DNA from: Lobosporangium transversale
Taxonomy: Eukaryota
Reading direction: 5' to 3'
DNA length: 64,000 nucleotides
Assembly: GCF_002105155.1 (NCBI RefSeq)
Contig: NW_019028980.1
Coordinates: 1,178,001-1,242,000, forward strand
The position numbers and the translations under genes are program-made. The notes beneath the pieces were generated by a model. It saw only the letters and a program-made list of their open reading frames with translations, was not told where the DNA came from and made no database searches. Shown here piece by piece: positions 37,228-52,098 of this stretch (the first letter of the stretch is position 1; each line of letters begins with the position of its first letter).

Positions 37228-37326
37228 AAAGAAAAAGAAAAAAAGAAGATGGGTTGTTTGATAAGCACATAGGTAAGTACAGCGGGTACAATCGTGAGGA
37301 AAAACAAGGTATGAACAATCAAAAAC

Positions 37327-37358
<32 letters not shown>

Positions 37359-38393
37359 AAAAAAGCTTATAAGGATAGAAGGGCTCAATTGAGATCAGCA
37401 GGACAAAAATGTGGGAAGAAAAATTTCCGAATGCGGGCAAAGCAAAAATGAAAAGAAAATTGGTCTCACGGGAAGACACGATCCAATGTCCATATCATGT
37501 CTAATCTGAATCTGACGCAGATATATCATATTTATATCCATGAACTGTACCTTCAGCACTCTTGCGGGTATTATCGATAACAGACTGGTGATATTCATAC
37601 GAACCGTGGCTAAAGTTCTAATAGAACCGTTATAATTAAACAGTGGAAAAAGAATGAAACGCACGTAGTTAGACACGCTGTTTCTAGACGTCACCGGTTT
37701 TTGAATCATAGTGATTTTTTTTCTTGTCATATCCCATGTCAGTGAGAAATCTGGTGGTTTTTTTTTTCTTTTCCTTTTTCTTTCATTCAATTTGTCGATT
37801 TAATCCGAAATGGCAAGCATTGGACTTGTTCCGTGATACGCCATGTATTTCATGTATAAAAAAAAAAAAAAAAAAAAAAAGACCAGAGACTATAGAAAGT
37901 GATCCCGGAATAAACCGACACCAAGAAATTCGAGTTGATACACTTCTCACGGTCATTAATCAAAATCGCACGCCTGACGTTCATGAGCCTCGATCCAAAA
38001 TGTAAAATGTAAAATGAACACACACCCCCTTTTTTTTTTTCTCACATATCCCTAGACTGATGAAAAAAACAGTAGAACGATCCGCCTTCTTCGAGTCAAC
38101 GTACCATACGAACAATGTTCATGCCGGCCTGGCGAAGTTTGGTGATCATGTCGACACTATTAGTCTTTGGACCTAAGAAAATAACAACGTCATGGAACAC
38201 AAAGAATAAGCCAATTGATATTCATGCCAACGCGGTTTCATGAAGTAAAGGGAAAAAAGAAAAAGAAAGTAGAGAGGAGAGCCAACGTACCAATGGTGCA
38301 AATGATTGAGGTCTTGCGGACATTTTTTGGAGTATAATCGATATCAAGGGATGAGGTCCACTCGAGGTTGGTCTTGATTGAATCCCTGAACAT
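35778..38393 (-). CDS. PYK1: Pyruvate kinase; 5 exons
   Basis: [31 protein letters not shown]..|[61 protein letters not shown]. Confidence 0.98.
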
Positions 38394-39154
38394 GGTTAAT
38401 TATTAATTCTTATTGACAAGTGAGTCAAGTAATATAACGAAGAGTAAAGAAATGAAAAGAATGAGGGAATGAGAAAAAGTTGAAGGAATGAGGAATGAAA
38501 GAAAAGAAGAGAGGAAAAAAAAAAAAAAAAAAAAAAAAGACCGAAGGTAAGGTCGGTGCATGTTTATTTTGCTCATCATGGCCTCTCTCCCTATTTTTCT
38601 TATCTGCTATCTTGCATTGCAAAAGTCTCTCTCGTCCACGTTTTCCTGCTTATGTTTAGTGTTTTAAATACCCAGACGATGTGTTTTGGACTATCGATCA
38701 ATGTCTATAAAAAACATTGTATGTAAAAAGCTGTTTCATCCCTATCTAGTACATGTACATGTACTGAACACGTAGATTACGCTGTAATTTCATTATGATC
38801 TTTGGATCAAACTTTTTTATGCTATCGCCTTGGAAGCCATTTGCTCTCAGCCTGTCACTGTCAATCGTTCTATTGATTGTCGTTATCTCTTGTCCACTCC
38901 ACAGAAAACAAACATCGACAATCTTTTTTAGTTCAACCTTTAATAAAAAATATATATACTTTTATCACTGCTCATCTCCTCAATCATTTCCTTATCAGTT
39001 AGTGTCTGATAGCCGTGCTACTTGTATTTACATCAGATGTTTTTTTTTTGTTGTTATTTTTATTATCTGTTAAATATAATAGACATATGCTATCTTTCAC
39101 TCATCTGATCAGATTTTAAAAAGTATTTCCTGCTTGATTTCATCCTCGTTCTCT

Positions 39155-42100
39155 TCAATCTGTGTCCTCACAAAGGTCTAATTTGAACGCAAGTTCTTCC
39201 AACATCGCCTCAGCAGCTACGAGATACATAGAAAAAAAAAAAAAGAAAAAAAAAATAAGACAATTAGTGTTACCTATAGAAAATGAAAAATGATCACGTA
39301 AATGTCATGCTACAGCTTTTTAAAAGTGAAAGAAATATATACTTTACCATCATTGCCAAAGTAATGGCTTCGATCTAGACTGGTGTCCAACATGGAAAGT
39401 GTCTAAAAAATTTTACAATTAAATAACTCCCTTTTAATATTTCTTATCCTATTGTACGAATTACCGTTTTATTTGAATCACTTACCATGCTGAAAAAATC
39501 CATAAATGGCACATTGTGCAGAAGCATCACATCCTCCGCAATCTGGTTCCAGTATCGTAGACGGTAGATAGATCGCCAGTCGTGTTGGAATAATGGATCT
39601 GTAAGTTGTGTCTCTGGGAAAGCAACCATACCGGCCCATACCATCATCACAGTCGGATCCTTCTGACTGTTATAATCGTTATTTGCCGTCTTGGATACGG
39701 GGAAGACAATAGTGTCAAAGCTGTCTGCTGTGTCATCAAAATCGATGTTGTTGGTAGAGCCCACATCTGGGTCAAGGGAACGACGACCCAAATGATTATG
39801 GATTCTTTTCGTGTTTTTGATGTTGCTCTTGTTGTTGCTAGTAGCACTACTTGAGTTACCAGTTTTACCCACAGTGCGTTTGGAAGACTGATTGTTGGAA
39901 GGATTGGCAGTATTATTGCTCTGGTCATCACCTGATCGGACATACTCATTGCGATTGTCGCCTCTACTATCTTTACCGTTGCTAGCGCTTGAACCGCTGT
40001 TGAAATCAGATTTACTTGGACTAGTTCCCGCTTCAGCCTTAGCGACACTATAGTTTATATTATTCTGTCGATCGCCTGTGCCTCCTCCGGCTTTGGAATT
40101 GCTGTCCTTGGCACGCTGGTTTATCGATTTACTTTTGTCACCGCGATTGTTGTCGTCACCCAAGATCGCTTTTTCATTCTGGCTCATAGAGAACCTTTTG
40201 GACTCCTCGGAGATTTGTGCGGCACCCTTCTGATCAGATAGTTGGATGTGCTTGCCCTGTCGAACGAGGCCAGGCTTATTACCCTTATTATTGTAACCGT
40301 TACGTTGGTTCTGATATTGTTCCTGCTCCCGATTTCCAGTATTGAAATGGCCATTCTTGGAGGACTTTGATAGCTCCTCCTCTTCTTTGGTTTCATCGTC
40401 CCAGGCAACCTTAATATATTCAAAGTCATTTCCGCCTGTAGTGTCGTCGCCACGACCATGTTGAGTATCTTGACTATCTTGTTGTCTTTCCTTGTCGTAA
40501 TCATCCCCCTCATCGTAACCATATTCCCCATCATAATCATCCTCGTCGTCATAACCATCCTCGTCGTCATAATCATCTTCGTCGCCATAATCATCCTCAT
40601 CTCCATAATCGGCCTCTCCATCTCCTTCTATTATCCCGCCCTGCTCACCATTATTGTCATCCCCATTACGACTCCTATTATTTCCATTAGATTCATCAAA
40701 ATCCTCGTCATCAAGGTCTTGACTATCCCGAGCTTGCTGTTGGATCGATTCGACAAGGTCTTGGACCATATCATGGTATTGGGCCGTGGACATAGGATTG
40801 CCTGAGGTGTTGGTCCCTGTGGCCCATTGACCGACGTTGGCAACGAGGATGTCGGAAGGTTCGCTGATCGTCTCTGAAAAGAGAGGATCATGAACAAATG
40901 CAAAGGTCGTGGATTCAAAAGTCTTGTCTATGCGTCTTTCAGAGCCCGAAGCTACATATCGCACAAAACAAGAGCGAATGAATATCTATTTGTTCCTTAC
41001 CATGTGCCAAGGAGAAACGAAAAAAAAATAAAATAAAATAAAAAAATAGTATTCACATTACTGGATGTTTGAATCTCAGTGATGCCATCAAGCCGTCGAA
41101 CCAATTGCTCCATCGCGACTCGAAGGTGTGAGTCGCCTTGGAACAGAATCTTTAATGGACCCTTCTTGTTCTGTAGACAACTCCTCTGGAGCGGTTTGCC
41201 ATAGGTACATCCAAGAGGTGTCCAGGTATAGTTGGCCTTTCGCCAGCTCTGCTTATCCAGTGGGTGTGCGGGCAGCCATGCACCCTGCACAGCCATACTG
41301 CGCGAGCATAGAGGCAGCTCCCCCTTTACTCCAGAGCTAGTTGCTGCCACGTCTGCTCCCTGGGGATATGGCTGATTCAAATTTTGACTTTGAAGAGCCT
41401 CATATTCTGCTGCTTCCGCTACAGAAGGGTCTTCAGTGTTTGATCTTGATGTCGGCTCTAGGAACCTTGGAGAGGCGATCCGTGAGGGACAACCACGGCA
41501 GATTTCAAGTGGTAAATTCGAGATGACTTTTCGAGGCTTCATAAGAGGCCATCCCTTGTTCTGCTCAGCCACTGCATCAAAGTTACTGTACAGATGTGTG
41601 ATATCCAAGGAGAGTTTCCCGGGATTAGAGATATGAAAGGGAAAGACATAGAGACATTGAGATGAGTGGTACCAATCTGGTGGAGATAACTTTTCAGACC
41701 CACTGAAGACCACATGGAAAGCGTCTGGCCCAGAAAATTGACGATGGAACGCGTCATGGATTGTGTTTTCAGAAATTGGATAACGCAAATTGGCCTCTTT
41801 ACATAAGCCCTGAGAAAGAGAAATGGAGATTTAATAAATATAAATATCTATAATACCGATGTCAACTGATCGATGTTTTTAAAAAATAAAAATAAAAAAA
41901 TAAAATAAAAAAAAGAAAGAGGTATTGTCGTCCCAAATGAACGAAAACTTACGCGATCTCGGCGTCTCACGCGAACGAGGCCTTCATTACAAGTATAGGG
42001 TGAGAAACAGATATCTGCAGAGAAATCAGGGTGCTCTGATTCAAGTGGAATACATTCGTGAGGCTCCAACATCAAAAGTTTTTGACGATCGTATTTGTAG

Positions 42101-42285
42101 AACCGAGGACAGAGTGGTTTTTGAAGATGATCTAGGCTTTGAGAGTATATGGATGGACGTGTAAAATACTCCATGACGGATGTATGCATTTCTGCCGATG
42201 AATACATCCAAAGTATCACAGCAGTGGTGGCCAGGACCACGCATCGCCTTCTGGAGCGTGGACGTGCCAAAAACCCAAGTGCCAT
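39155..42285 (-). CDS. Type II membrane SGNH/PC-esterase (Cas1p/TBL/NXPE-like) acyl esterase/transferase with large low-complexity insertion; 5 exons
   Basis: N-terminal anchor RRRCVVLATTAVILWMY; YTWTPLGC; LFQGDSHLR; NVGQW; spliced C-terminus DFFSM|TLSMLDTSLDRSHYFGND|AAEAMLEEL...CEDTD* provides DxxH. Confidence 0.7.
40495..40615. repeat. 18-nt coding repeat (DDYGDE-like)
   Basis: Directly visible. Confidence 0.75.
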
Positions 42286-43621
42286 TAGAATTAGAATACT
42301 TTCTTTGTAAATGTGTTACGTGTTATGAGTTTTTTGTGTAGCTTTTTTGATGATTGGAATTATTTGATCTAGAAAAAAGAAAAAAAAAATAAAATAAAAT
42401 AAAAAAAAAAAAAAAAAAAAAGGAAATGAAAACAACCAAAAGGGCGGTAGAATAGGATTGAACAACTGGTAAAGGAAGGGTAGGAGCTTTCTTCTTCGGC
42501 GCCAGTGACTACGAAATGTTCTTGTTCACCCTCGTCCTGATGGGACAGTATGACGATTGTCTGTTGGATTCTCGTTTGACATCCTTATTGCTAACTGCGG
42601 CCGTTGCTCTTTTCCTGGTGTGCGTCGGAATCTATATCGCTTTTAGTTTTGCCTAGAGGAACGTGTCTATCGTACAGGATATGCAAAAATAAAAGACCGA
42701 GACGAAAGTTTTCCTCGGACACTCTTTCGTATTTTTTATTTTTTATTTTTTATTTTTTTGCTTTGTTCTTTGACAAAACTTAGAGAATACCACATGGTGA
42801 TCATCCTGCTATGACTTTCGTCAGCGGGTAAAAAACAAAGTATTTGTTGTTGGAATTGCAGGTTGTTGCTGGTTGGTGCGGATGAATTGTTCATGTTCAT
42901 GTACATCATCGTCAGTACTCTATGGACATTTTGATGTCAATTTTTTTATATTTTATTTACTCAGGGTGGTCGGTATCAAGAAACTCAATAGGCCATGTCT
43001 TGTATGGTCTAGATGTGTGGTGCCTTGCGGAAGAACCCCCTTTGAATTTGTATTAACACTATTAGGGATTAACACTCTTAGTCTGTATGCATCGGTGTTT
43101 TTTACATTGGACCCTGTCTTCCTTGATCTCAAAATGATTGCATACTTTCTCCTTGTGTCTTGTTTTAAAAATAAAAAAGATACGGACATGTGTAATATTT
43201 ACAAAGAAATGCCCATAATAGTCATAGCAAAAAAGGACCCTCTTGCCCCTTTGCCCCCTGGTCTGTGTTAATGTCGCATCGCATCATTCTTTTCGTCGTA
43301 TCTTTTTTCTTTCCATATTCGATTACAAGTTTCTACAGATTTTTTCTTTTCTTCTTTACACTCTGACCAGACTCTTCTCTTTTCCTCTCATTCTCATATT
43401 CTCATTAATTCATTCCTTTATATATATATATATACACACTTTAAGTCATTAATTCGTTAATTCGTTAATTCATTAATTCGTTAATTCAACCCTTCATTCA
43501 TTCTCACTCTTTGATTCTTGGTCTGTACATTCTTCTTTCGTCTTTCCTTTCGGTCTTTTCATATACATTTACACACAAACAGAGTGTCTCTTTCTGCCCC
43601 CTTCTTTTGAGCGAGCGCATT

Positions 43622-45422
43622 ATGAACACCGCCTGCGCAACCATGTCACACCTGGTCACTGTCGACTCTCCATTTGAGTCTCAGGCACAGACTCAGTTCC
43701 AGAAACATTTGCAGCAAAAGCGACAACGACAACAACAGCTGTCTACTTTTAACCCCAATCGTATCTCACTCCTTCCACAACAACAACAACAAGACCTGCC
43801 ACAGCCGCAACAACCGCAACAACCGCAGCAACCGCAGTTTACTCCACCCCCTCAACTGCAGCAACAACCACAGGCTCAGGAAAAGCCAGTTGGACGGCCT
43901 ACAGGATCTCGTCCTAGCCTCAGCCTTGATACATCTGAAGAGCGTCTTCAGAACATCAAGGTCTTTCACTACAATAACAAACAGTACCTCAAATTATTCT
44001 CGCCAAGCCTTGTAGAATCACCTGTTAGTTATTTGAATCAAAAGCAGTTGATCGAAGACAAGAAGCTGTGGGAGAACGGCCCAAATGAAGCCTTCCAAAA
44101 GCAACTCGAGAACGAGAGACGGGAAGCATACAAAGGTAAAAAACAATTCTCACACACCAAAAAGAAAAAAAACAAAAACAAAAACAAAAACAAAAAAGAC
44201 AAAAATGAAATGGGCGTTACAGAACTCACGGGATTGATCCATCGCGGACGATTGTATTACATCCAAACATGCCAGCATTGTCACCCACCCCCCTTCCAAT
44301 GTTCCAACCTTCTTCTTCTCGGTTCTTCCTTTCTCCTTTATTTTTTTTATAGTATTCTTGAACATGGTCTCTTTGCTATTTTTCGTTATTTTTATCAGAG
44401 CCTTTTGTCTTAGATGTTCAAAAGGGAGATGGGACATGGACCACATCCACAGACATCTGTACTTCCGTGCACTTGTCTGCACAGTCTGTGAGATGTGACA
44501 TGCCATGTGGGGCCATTGCTCTCTGATTCTAAATGATGCACATTTGGATCTTGCTTGACTTTTTCACTCTCATTGAATATTACTCAATGGACTAAAAAAG
44601 GGGGCCCTTGCAGATCTTGCAGTTGCATTATTCAAAAACAGTGACCCAATCCATTTCATCACATATTTTTCCATCATCCATAATTCATTATCCGTGCTAA
44701 ATCTTGATGCTAGTCAAATTGCTATTTTTTTCATGCCTGCGTAATATTTTGTGTATTACATATCATGTGCACTAAGAGCTGCCTTTTTCTACACATAATC
44801 AACAACACATACGCATTTACACATGTACACATACACCACATGAACATGCTATTTTCAGGCCATGCCACACAACCCGTGAAACAGGCACTAACCAAATCTA
44901 ATCCATCCTGTTCTCTTTGTCTCTTTTGAAATTAAAATAGCTCGCTCTAAACAACAGCTTCGGGGCTTTATTATGGGTCTGTGGCTTGGCTGCCTTCTTG
45001 GATTTCTAATGCTGCAGCAAACGACTGCCAAGACCAACAGCTTTTGGAGGTAACAAAAACAAAAACAAATAAAAAAAAAAAAAAATGCAAGACGCGCGAT
45101 ACGCTCTGGCCACTTTGTTAATTATCATTCATGCATTAGAGACTGATTTTATTTATTTATTTATTTATTTATATATTTTACTATACTCTATTTTAGGCAT
45201 GATACCTTGTCATCCTATAGTCCTTTGGTCATCTTGTCGATCCTTGCCACTAGTGTAGCGATTATCCGCTCAGGATCTCGTTGTACAGTTGCTGCAGTGG
45301 CAACTTGTGCGGCTGTATTGACCTGTTTTGCCACATTGCTCGTTAACCAGAGTCAGTACTCTACCGAGCTTCGGCTTTACAAGCGTGGTCCTGTAGGCAT
45401 TGCTGTTGAAACGACCCCATAA
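43622..45422 (+). CDS. Hypothetical membrane protein, Q-rich N-terminus and ~3 C-terminal TM helices; exons 43622-44135, 44941-45049, 45198-45422 (approx.)
   Basis: GT-AG joins give ...EAYKA|RSKQQLRGFIMGLWLGCLLGFLMLQQ..FWR|HDTLSSYSPLVILSILATSVAII... Confidence 0.65.
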
Positions 45423-45692
45423 AAAGAGACACCTATGATTTCATCACCCTTCTTTTTTTTATATGACAAGAATAATTCCTTTTGTAAATCCTCCATCCTC
45501 TCTTCTTCCTCCTTTACATTACCTCATCCTTTTACTCTTGTCCTTGTATATTTGCTACATTACATTATGCCATCATTTCAAAAAAAAAAAAAAAAAAAAA
45601 AATGGAAAAAAGGAACAAAAGGAAAAAAAAAAAGACTTTTTGTAATCTATTGATTCAATTTACCCTCTGCTACCCTTAGTCTTTTTCTTTAT

Positions 45693-45725
<33 letters not shown>

Positions 45726-47658
45726 ATATGTTCTATGACCACTCCCTTGATTACTCTTCACTCTTGTAATGAAATTAAATGAAAATAAAGCACGTTTACT
45801 ACTACCATTGCTATTATTACTATTGATGTTCTGATGTGATTGTAATGCAAAGGAAAGGAAATAAAGAATCTCACTTTATGTTGAAAAGTAGGGGTCAACA
45901 TTAGAAAAAGTCATCTGGTCAGACATGTTTTTTTTTTTTTTTTTTTTTCTATTTCTGTACTATGTTTGACATGTTTGACATGTTTGACAAAGTGGGGCAA
46001 AAAAAAAAAAAAAAAAAAAAAAAGATCCTTAGTCCTAGTATTGACAATGAGCACCGCTGTTAATGTCGTTTACCAATATCACTGCCAATATCAGAGAAAA
46101 AAGAAAGTAAAATTGATGCCATCATGTTCATATCCTGAATAAAGAATGTAAATTTGGGAGAAATGAAAAGCCCTGGGCTGTGTCATTATCAATGTCATTG
46201 TCACTGTCATTTGTCATTGTCACCATCATTGTCATTATCATTGGCCATTGGCGCAACAAAGCTTAAACAGGGATAGGATGGAAAAGATTATCTATTTTTC
46301 CCATCAACCAAAAATCTATTCGGAAGGCCCACTTTTTTCTTAACCGTTCTCTCCCAGGAGCCTTTTTTTTTTTTTTACTTCTCTCTTTGGCAATAGAGCA
46401 ATTGAAACATCTATCTTGAGTATGTGCAGTTGAATACAAATAAAGAAACGCGAAAATGAAAATCAAACAAAACGAACAAGAAGTGGTGGCAAAGTACTGT
46501 ATCATCTTTCATCACACACTGTTTAAACAGTCTCCCGAGGAAAAAAAAAAAAAAAAAAAAAAGCAGCCTCCGAGGAAAAAAAAAAAAAAAAAAAAAAAAA
46601 AAGAAAAAAGAAAGAAAGAAAGAGAGTGTATGAGTGTATAAGAAGAGGCTTTATATCATCTTTCTTGCTAGAGCCATGAGAGGAGGATGGGCATTCCTTA
46701 TTTAATGCCGCAGCAATTGTTGTTTTTCGATCTTCCTTCCTCTTCACCCCTCCCCCCTGAAATGATCGAGGATTTTGTGTTTCTTGGGCGATGCGAATCC
46801 AAAGTTGATGAGTTCTAAGTTCTATGAGTAATGAATGATCGTACCTTTGTGCTGCACCTTCGGATGCATCATGAGTTCATTCCTTGTTCTCTTTCTCTTC
46901 TTCGCCTTTTTTGTTTTCTTCTTCTTCTTCTTCTTCTTCTTCCTTTGATCGTCCTTTCGGCTTGATAGAGATTCCGTTGATCGGAGTCATCTAGGAATGG
47001 TAATGAAGGAGAAGGGAAAAAAAAAAAAAAATCGATGGCGCAAGATCATAGTTTTACTTAATTTCTCTCTTCTCCCCCTTGTCTCTAATGACAGCTGTAA
47101 CTTTAAACCTTAAAATCATCGTCACTTCTCTTTCACTTACTCATGCACAGAGGTTAAGTAAAATATAAAAATGAAAAAAAAAAAAAAAAAAAATCTTTTA
47201 CCCCATCATTCAGGAATATGCATGTACATGTACTCTCCCTTCGTCTTATTTTCCCCTCCTCGGCGGCCTTTGAGCAACTCAAGTGCTTAGTAGCCTCAAA
47301 CGGCTATATCATGAGATTGATATCTCTCTTTGATCAGAAATGTAGTTTTTTATTTTTTTTTATTTTTTTTATTTTTTTTTTAAAAAAAAAAAAAAGAAAT
47401 TGGAAGCATAATCACGCGCATCCTTTGAGTTCCTTTCTCGAAACATGAAAAGAAATGATTGACAAAATCCGGCGATCTTTATTATTCCGTCATTATGCAT
47501 GGATAATTATTTTTTTTCTGCCGGCTCGGACTTTGCCCCGCATCGGCCTTGACGAGTCAAAAATGAACAACATGATATAGAGTAACGAACTTGGTGAATA
47601 AGCAACCCCTATGATCACCAATAAAGAATGACGGCAATGTATCCAGTTCAAGAATGAA

Positions 47659-47693
<35 letters not shown>

Positions 47694-48069
47694 TATTTTT
47701 TGTAGATCTTACGAGCTTTTGGCAAATATCCCGTTTCTTGCATTATTTCTACAGAATACATGATAAAAAGCCATGACTAAAACTAAATTTATCCTCCTTG
47801 AACTCATGGATTGGATGTATTCTGTATACGAGATGGAGTCGATTCTTCTATGAATATCTGACATATAATCTGTTAGATAAGGAGAAACAAGCACAATGTA
47901 GTGAGGGGTGATCAAAGGTTAAAGAGTGTTGCCGTTTGGCCTATTTCGGACGCGTTCAATGTAAAAACTATAGTCGATGGACCATCTGCATATAAATATA
48001 ATACATTTGTTGTACTGTACATATGTGTTTAGACTAAGGGAACTAGAGAATAAGAGTAAGGAAAAAGGA

Positions 48070-48115
48070 AGAGGAGGAGGAGGAGGAGGAGGAGGAGGAG
48101 GAGGAGGAGGGGGGG
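48070..48115. repeat. (GGA)n microsatellite
   Basis: Directly visible. Confidence 0.85.
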
Positions 48116-48469
48116 TTCCATCTTTAGGATCGTTGAGGTGCACCTCAATGTTTTTTTTTTGTCGATTTCGGATTCTAGCCAGGGGACACACACACATGCG
48201 ATGCAATGTGCATGTTACACGTTGCTCCACACAATCACATTCTTGTAACATGTACATGTACAACAACTGCACAAAATGCAGGAAGGTTTATCCATAGTAT
48301 AGACTATCGGTAGATCATGACACACAAAGATTGCAAGTGTATTCTACAAATAGAATAGTCTTTTTCTTCTTTTTCTTCTTCTTCTTCTTCTTCTTCTCCT
48401 TCTTTCTGATTTCATTTGTCTTTGTGTCGACTTAATAGGTCATGAAGTCTCTGTCTACCAAGGGGGATA

Positions 48470-48503
<34 letters not shown>

Positions 48504-49291
48504 CCAGCTAATCTTCGGAAAATTAAGGGATCTACAGAGGAAAATACCGTTATCAAAAAGAAAAAGGAGACTCCCCTTGGGTCAAATACATTGCTGATTG
48601 TTGCATGAAAGATTCAAAAAACGGCCATATGGCAACCTAGATTCTTTTTTTTTTTTATTTTTTTTTTCTTTGACATGCGTACGTACATATAATGTGGTTA
48701 TGGTGATGGTATTGATATTGAAGCTTACTTATTTGTATAGTGACAGTATCTTTGTTGATTGTAGTTGTTCTTTTTTTTTTTTTTTTTTTTTTTTTTGCAG
48801 CTGTCCTTCTTCTGAAATCCATCGTATACAAAGATTGATTCACCTAATTTGTTCGTTCAACCCGCCGATGGGGACACTTTTGATTGCAGAATGGACTTGT
48901 ATTTCTTCTCTATATCATTTACCACAGCTTTGTACAACTGGACTGAACATGACAAGGACTGGCTGAATGGGGGGGTTTTGGCCAATGATCCTACTACGCC
49001 ACCAGTCAGGAGAGAGGCGAGGGATTTGGCGTGTCAGTTATAAATGTGTTATTCTAAACAGATGATGGTCAGCAGACACATTTGTTTGTATTCACTTTTC
49101 TCTAATGAGCATGCAAACATGCACATGCATACATGCTGCATACATTTACCTATTTTTTAGGGTCCTTTCTTTCATTCCTTGTTCTTTTCTGCTCATTTAT
49201 GTTGCATTTGCATTTAGTGAACAACTGTCTCCTTTGGCGAAGACAAAAAAAAAAAAACAAAATCAACAACGTGGTATACTGCATTAACTTT

Positions 49292-49327
<36 letters not shown>

Positions 49328-49368
49328 ATGCCCCTGCTGTCCACCAAGATTCTTTGAATTCTATTGAG

Positions 49369-49405
<37 letters not shown>

Positions 49406-49602
49406 CGCGTTTGTGTATCTTATTCAAGTAAAGAGAAGGTACCATGATCCCCCCTGAAAGAAACACAAAGGCATGGACAAAAGGACAGGGATACGGAGAA
49501 AGTTAAAAAGGTTAATGGATGGATAGCCAACCAATCCTTGCTCTTCGCCATATTCTATTGGAGAATGCAACCAGCAAATTAGAATGCATTGCTCAGGAAT
49601 TG

Positions 49603-49633
<31 letters not shown>

Positions 49634-51565
49634 CTTCAAGGAACAAAGGAATCTTTCTATTTTGTGGAGATGTTATCCATCATCTCATCAAAAAAAAAAA
49701 AAAAAAAAAAAAAAAAGTCAAAGCAAGTCTACGGCCTAGGAACTACAAGTCATTCGTAAAAAAGAATGGCAATGTCTTATTCAATTCTTATTTTTCTTTT
49801 TCTTTACCAATGAGCAGAACAAAACATATAAAAATCTTTGTCAAGAAACGTGCACAATCAATTTGAGACTCAATGCGTTTTGCGCAGTTTTTTACGAGCC
49901 AATGGTTTTTATGAAATGTATATAAAAATATATCTTTATGCGACCTGAAAGTATGGAATATTCCTATTGTAAATTAAGCTTGACATTTATACATTTTAGT
50001 ATGCTTTGTCGCGTCATCTAGGGTCCATTGGTTTCATGTTCTATAGGGCTCTCTCTTCCCACCTTGTTTTATCCCTCCCCTCTCTCTCTCTCTCTTTGCT
50101 TTGCTGTTTCTCTTTTTTTTTTTTATTTGTCATGGTGAAAATATCTGACACATTATTAGCGATTCAATCAAACTAGAAATAGTGGCGGCGAAAACATGAG
50201 AAAAGAAGGAGGAGGCGCGAGTGGGGAGGGAAGGGGAGAGGCGAAGCTAACTAGCATTAATGATGCAGAGGACCACACTTGAAGCGATCTGCAGACAGAT
50301 AGAAAAAAAAAAAAATAAAGAAAAGAAAAGAAAAGAAAGCTGGCTGTCGGCCCTTGAACAAATCGATGAAATAGAAGGAGTGAAAGGGTTAGAGAATGAA
50401 AATGCGGACAAAAATAAACTTGAGGATTACACAAGAGTAGAATAGATTGAACGTGGCCACAAAAAAAAAATAAAAATAAAAATAAAAAAGTAAAAAAAAA
50501 TAAACCTTTTATTTTTCTTGTTAATGTTATTATCACGGGGAATTGTAAACCGACATTCAAAGAAAAAGGGCAAAGAATAGGATAACCGGAAGGATCCAAG
50601 ATTGATAAAAAAAAAAAAAAAAAAGCAGGGAACATTAAAACAAATAACATTAAAAAAATAAATGTTGAGTGTGCATGCAGATTTGCAACAACAATTGGAA
50701 AGGGGGGGGGGGGGGGAGGAGGGCTTCTACAGTCAAGAATCGACCTGTTCGACCAAGTTTATGAACCTAGAAGGATACGAATGAAGATTAGTAATGAGTA
50801 ACGATGACAAGAAAGAAAAAAAAGGAACAATAAAATGATGGAATGTAAGTTCTCATGACCAAATGACGGATTGTTATCAAATGCCTCAATAGAAACAAAA
50901 GAAGAAGGATGAGAAAAGGATATGTCATTTCTTTTTTTCTGAATGTGGTGGCGATGGTGAATGAGCAAGAGAGCGGATGCAAGGGCTTGTGACAAAAGAA
51001 AAACGGTTTGAATGGCTATAATTTCTGGTCCATTGACCACAACAGCAATAACGCAACAGCAAAAAAAAAAAAAAAAATAAAAAATAAAAAAAATTCCAGG
51101 GTCATGGCCATGGCGATTTGATTCGCCAACAAAGTTGAAAAGAGGAGTTTGTTTGGGCAAATGGATTTCCTTTGAAAGGAAGCATGCCAGATCCAATGGA
51201 CATGATCGAGCTTTAATTCTCCATTTGGCCATTTTAATGAGTTGCACAAAATAACGAATTTCTTTTTTTCTTTTTCTCATCGGGAGCATCCCACAAACAC
51301 ATCCCACACACATCCCACGCATCCAACAAACATTAAGCATTGAGAGTGACAAATTGCTAAAAAAAAAAAAAAAATAAATAAATAAATTCAAGCATGACCC
51401 AAACTCAAAACGAAAATCGATTTTTAAATTTTGCACCGCCCACAAATGATGCATCCTATCCCGTTCATTCACTGCCGTTGCTCGTCTCTTGCAGTTCTAT
51501 TCATGCACAATCGTTCATTCTCTGTTGGTTTGTGCCCATACCATGCGAGCAAGGGAAGCTCTGTA

Positions 51566-51608
<43 letters not shown>

Positions 51609-52058
51609 CTAACACGCTAACGTATCAAGAACATTAAGGATGTGATCCTTTCGCATCTTTATTTTAGATCGATGGACCAGATGTTGGTATACAGCTGGTC
51701 CCTGTGCTCATCGCCGAACTGCCAATTGGCCTCTATCGCTACCTCCCCGAGCCAGTCATGATGCAGGGACACGTACGAATCTATTTGACCTTATTTGAGT
51801 CTTTTTTTTTTTTTTCTTTACTTTCTGTCCATGTACAAGGCCTTTTTTTTTTTTTTTTTTTGTGTAGCCAAAAAATCGTTATTTGTGTAATCTATAATTC
51901 TATTTTATTCTCTTTTTTTTTGTCAGATTCTTTTTTTAAAACTGGATCTTCACCAGATCGACTCTATGAAACGCGACACAATAGCGCGGCGTGTTGAATC
52001 TATATTGAGTTTTTTTTATTTTTTTTTTACCTTGGTCCTTCTTTTATATTATTATCTG

Positions 52059-52098
<40 letters not shown>

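Noticed and set aside
37180..38104. Mutually exclusive or micro-exons in the long pyruvate kinase introns (e.g. AG|GGATAT|GTGAG near 38046-38051)
   Set aside because: No duplicated exon was found; the micro-exon would split the catalytic RMNFSHG motif; unsupported without RNA data.
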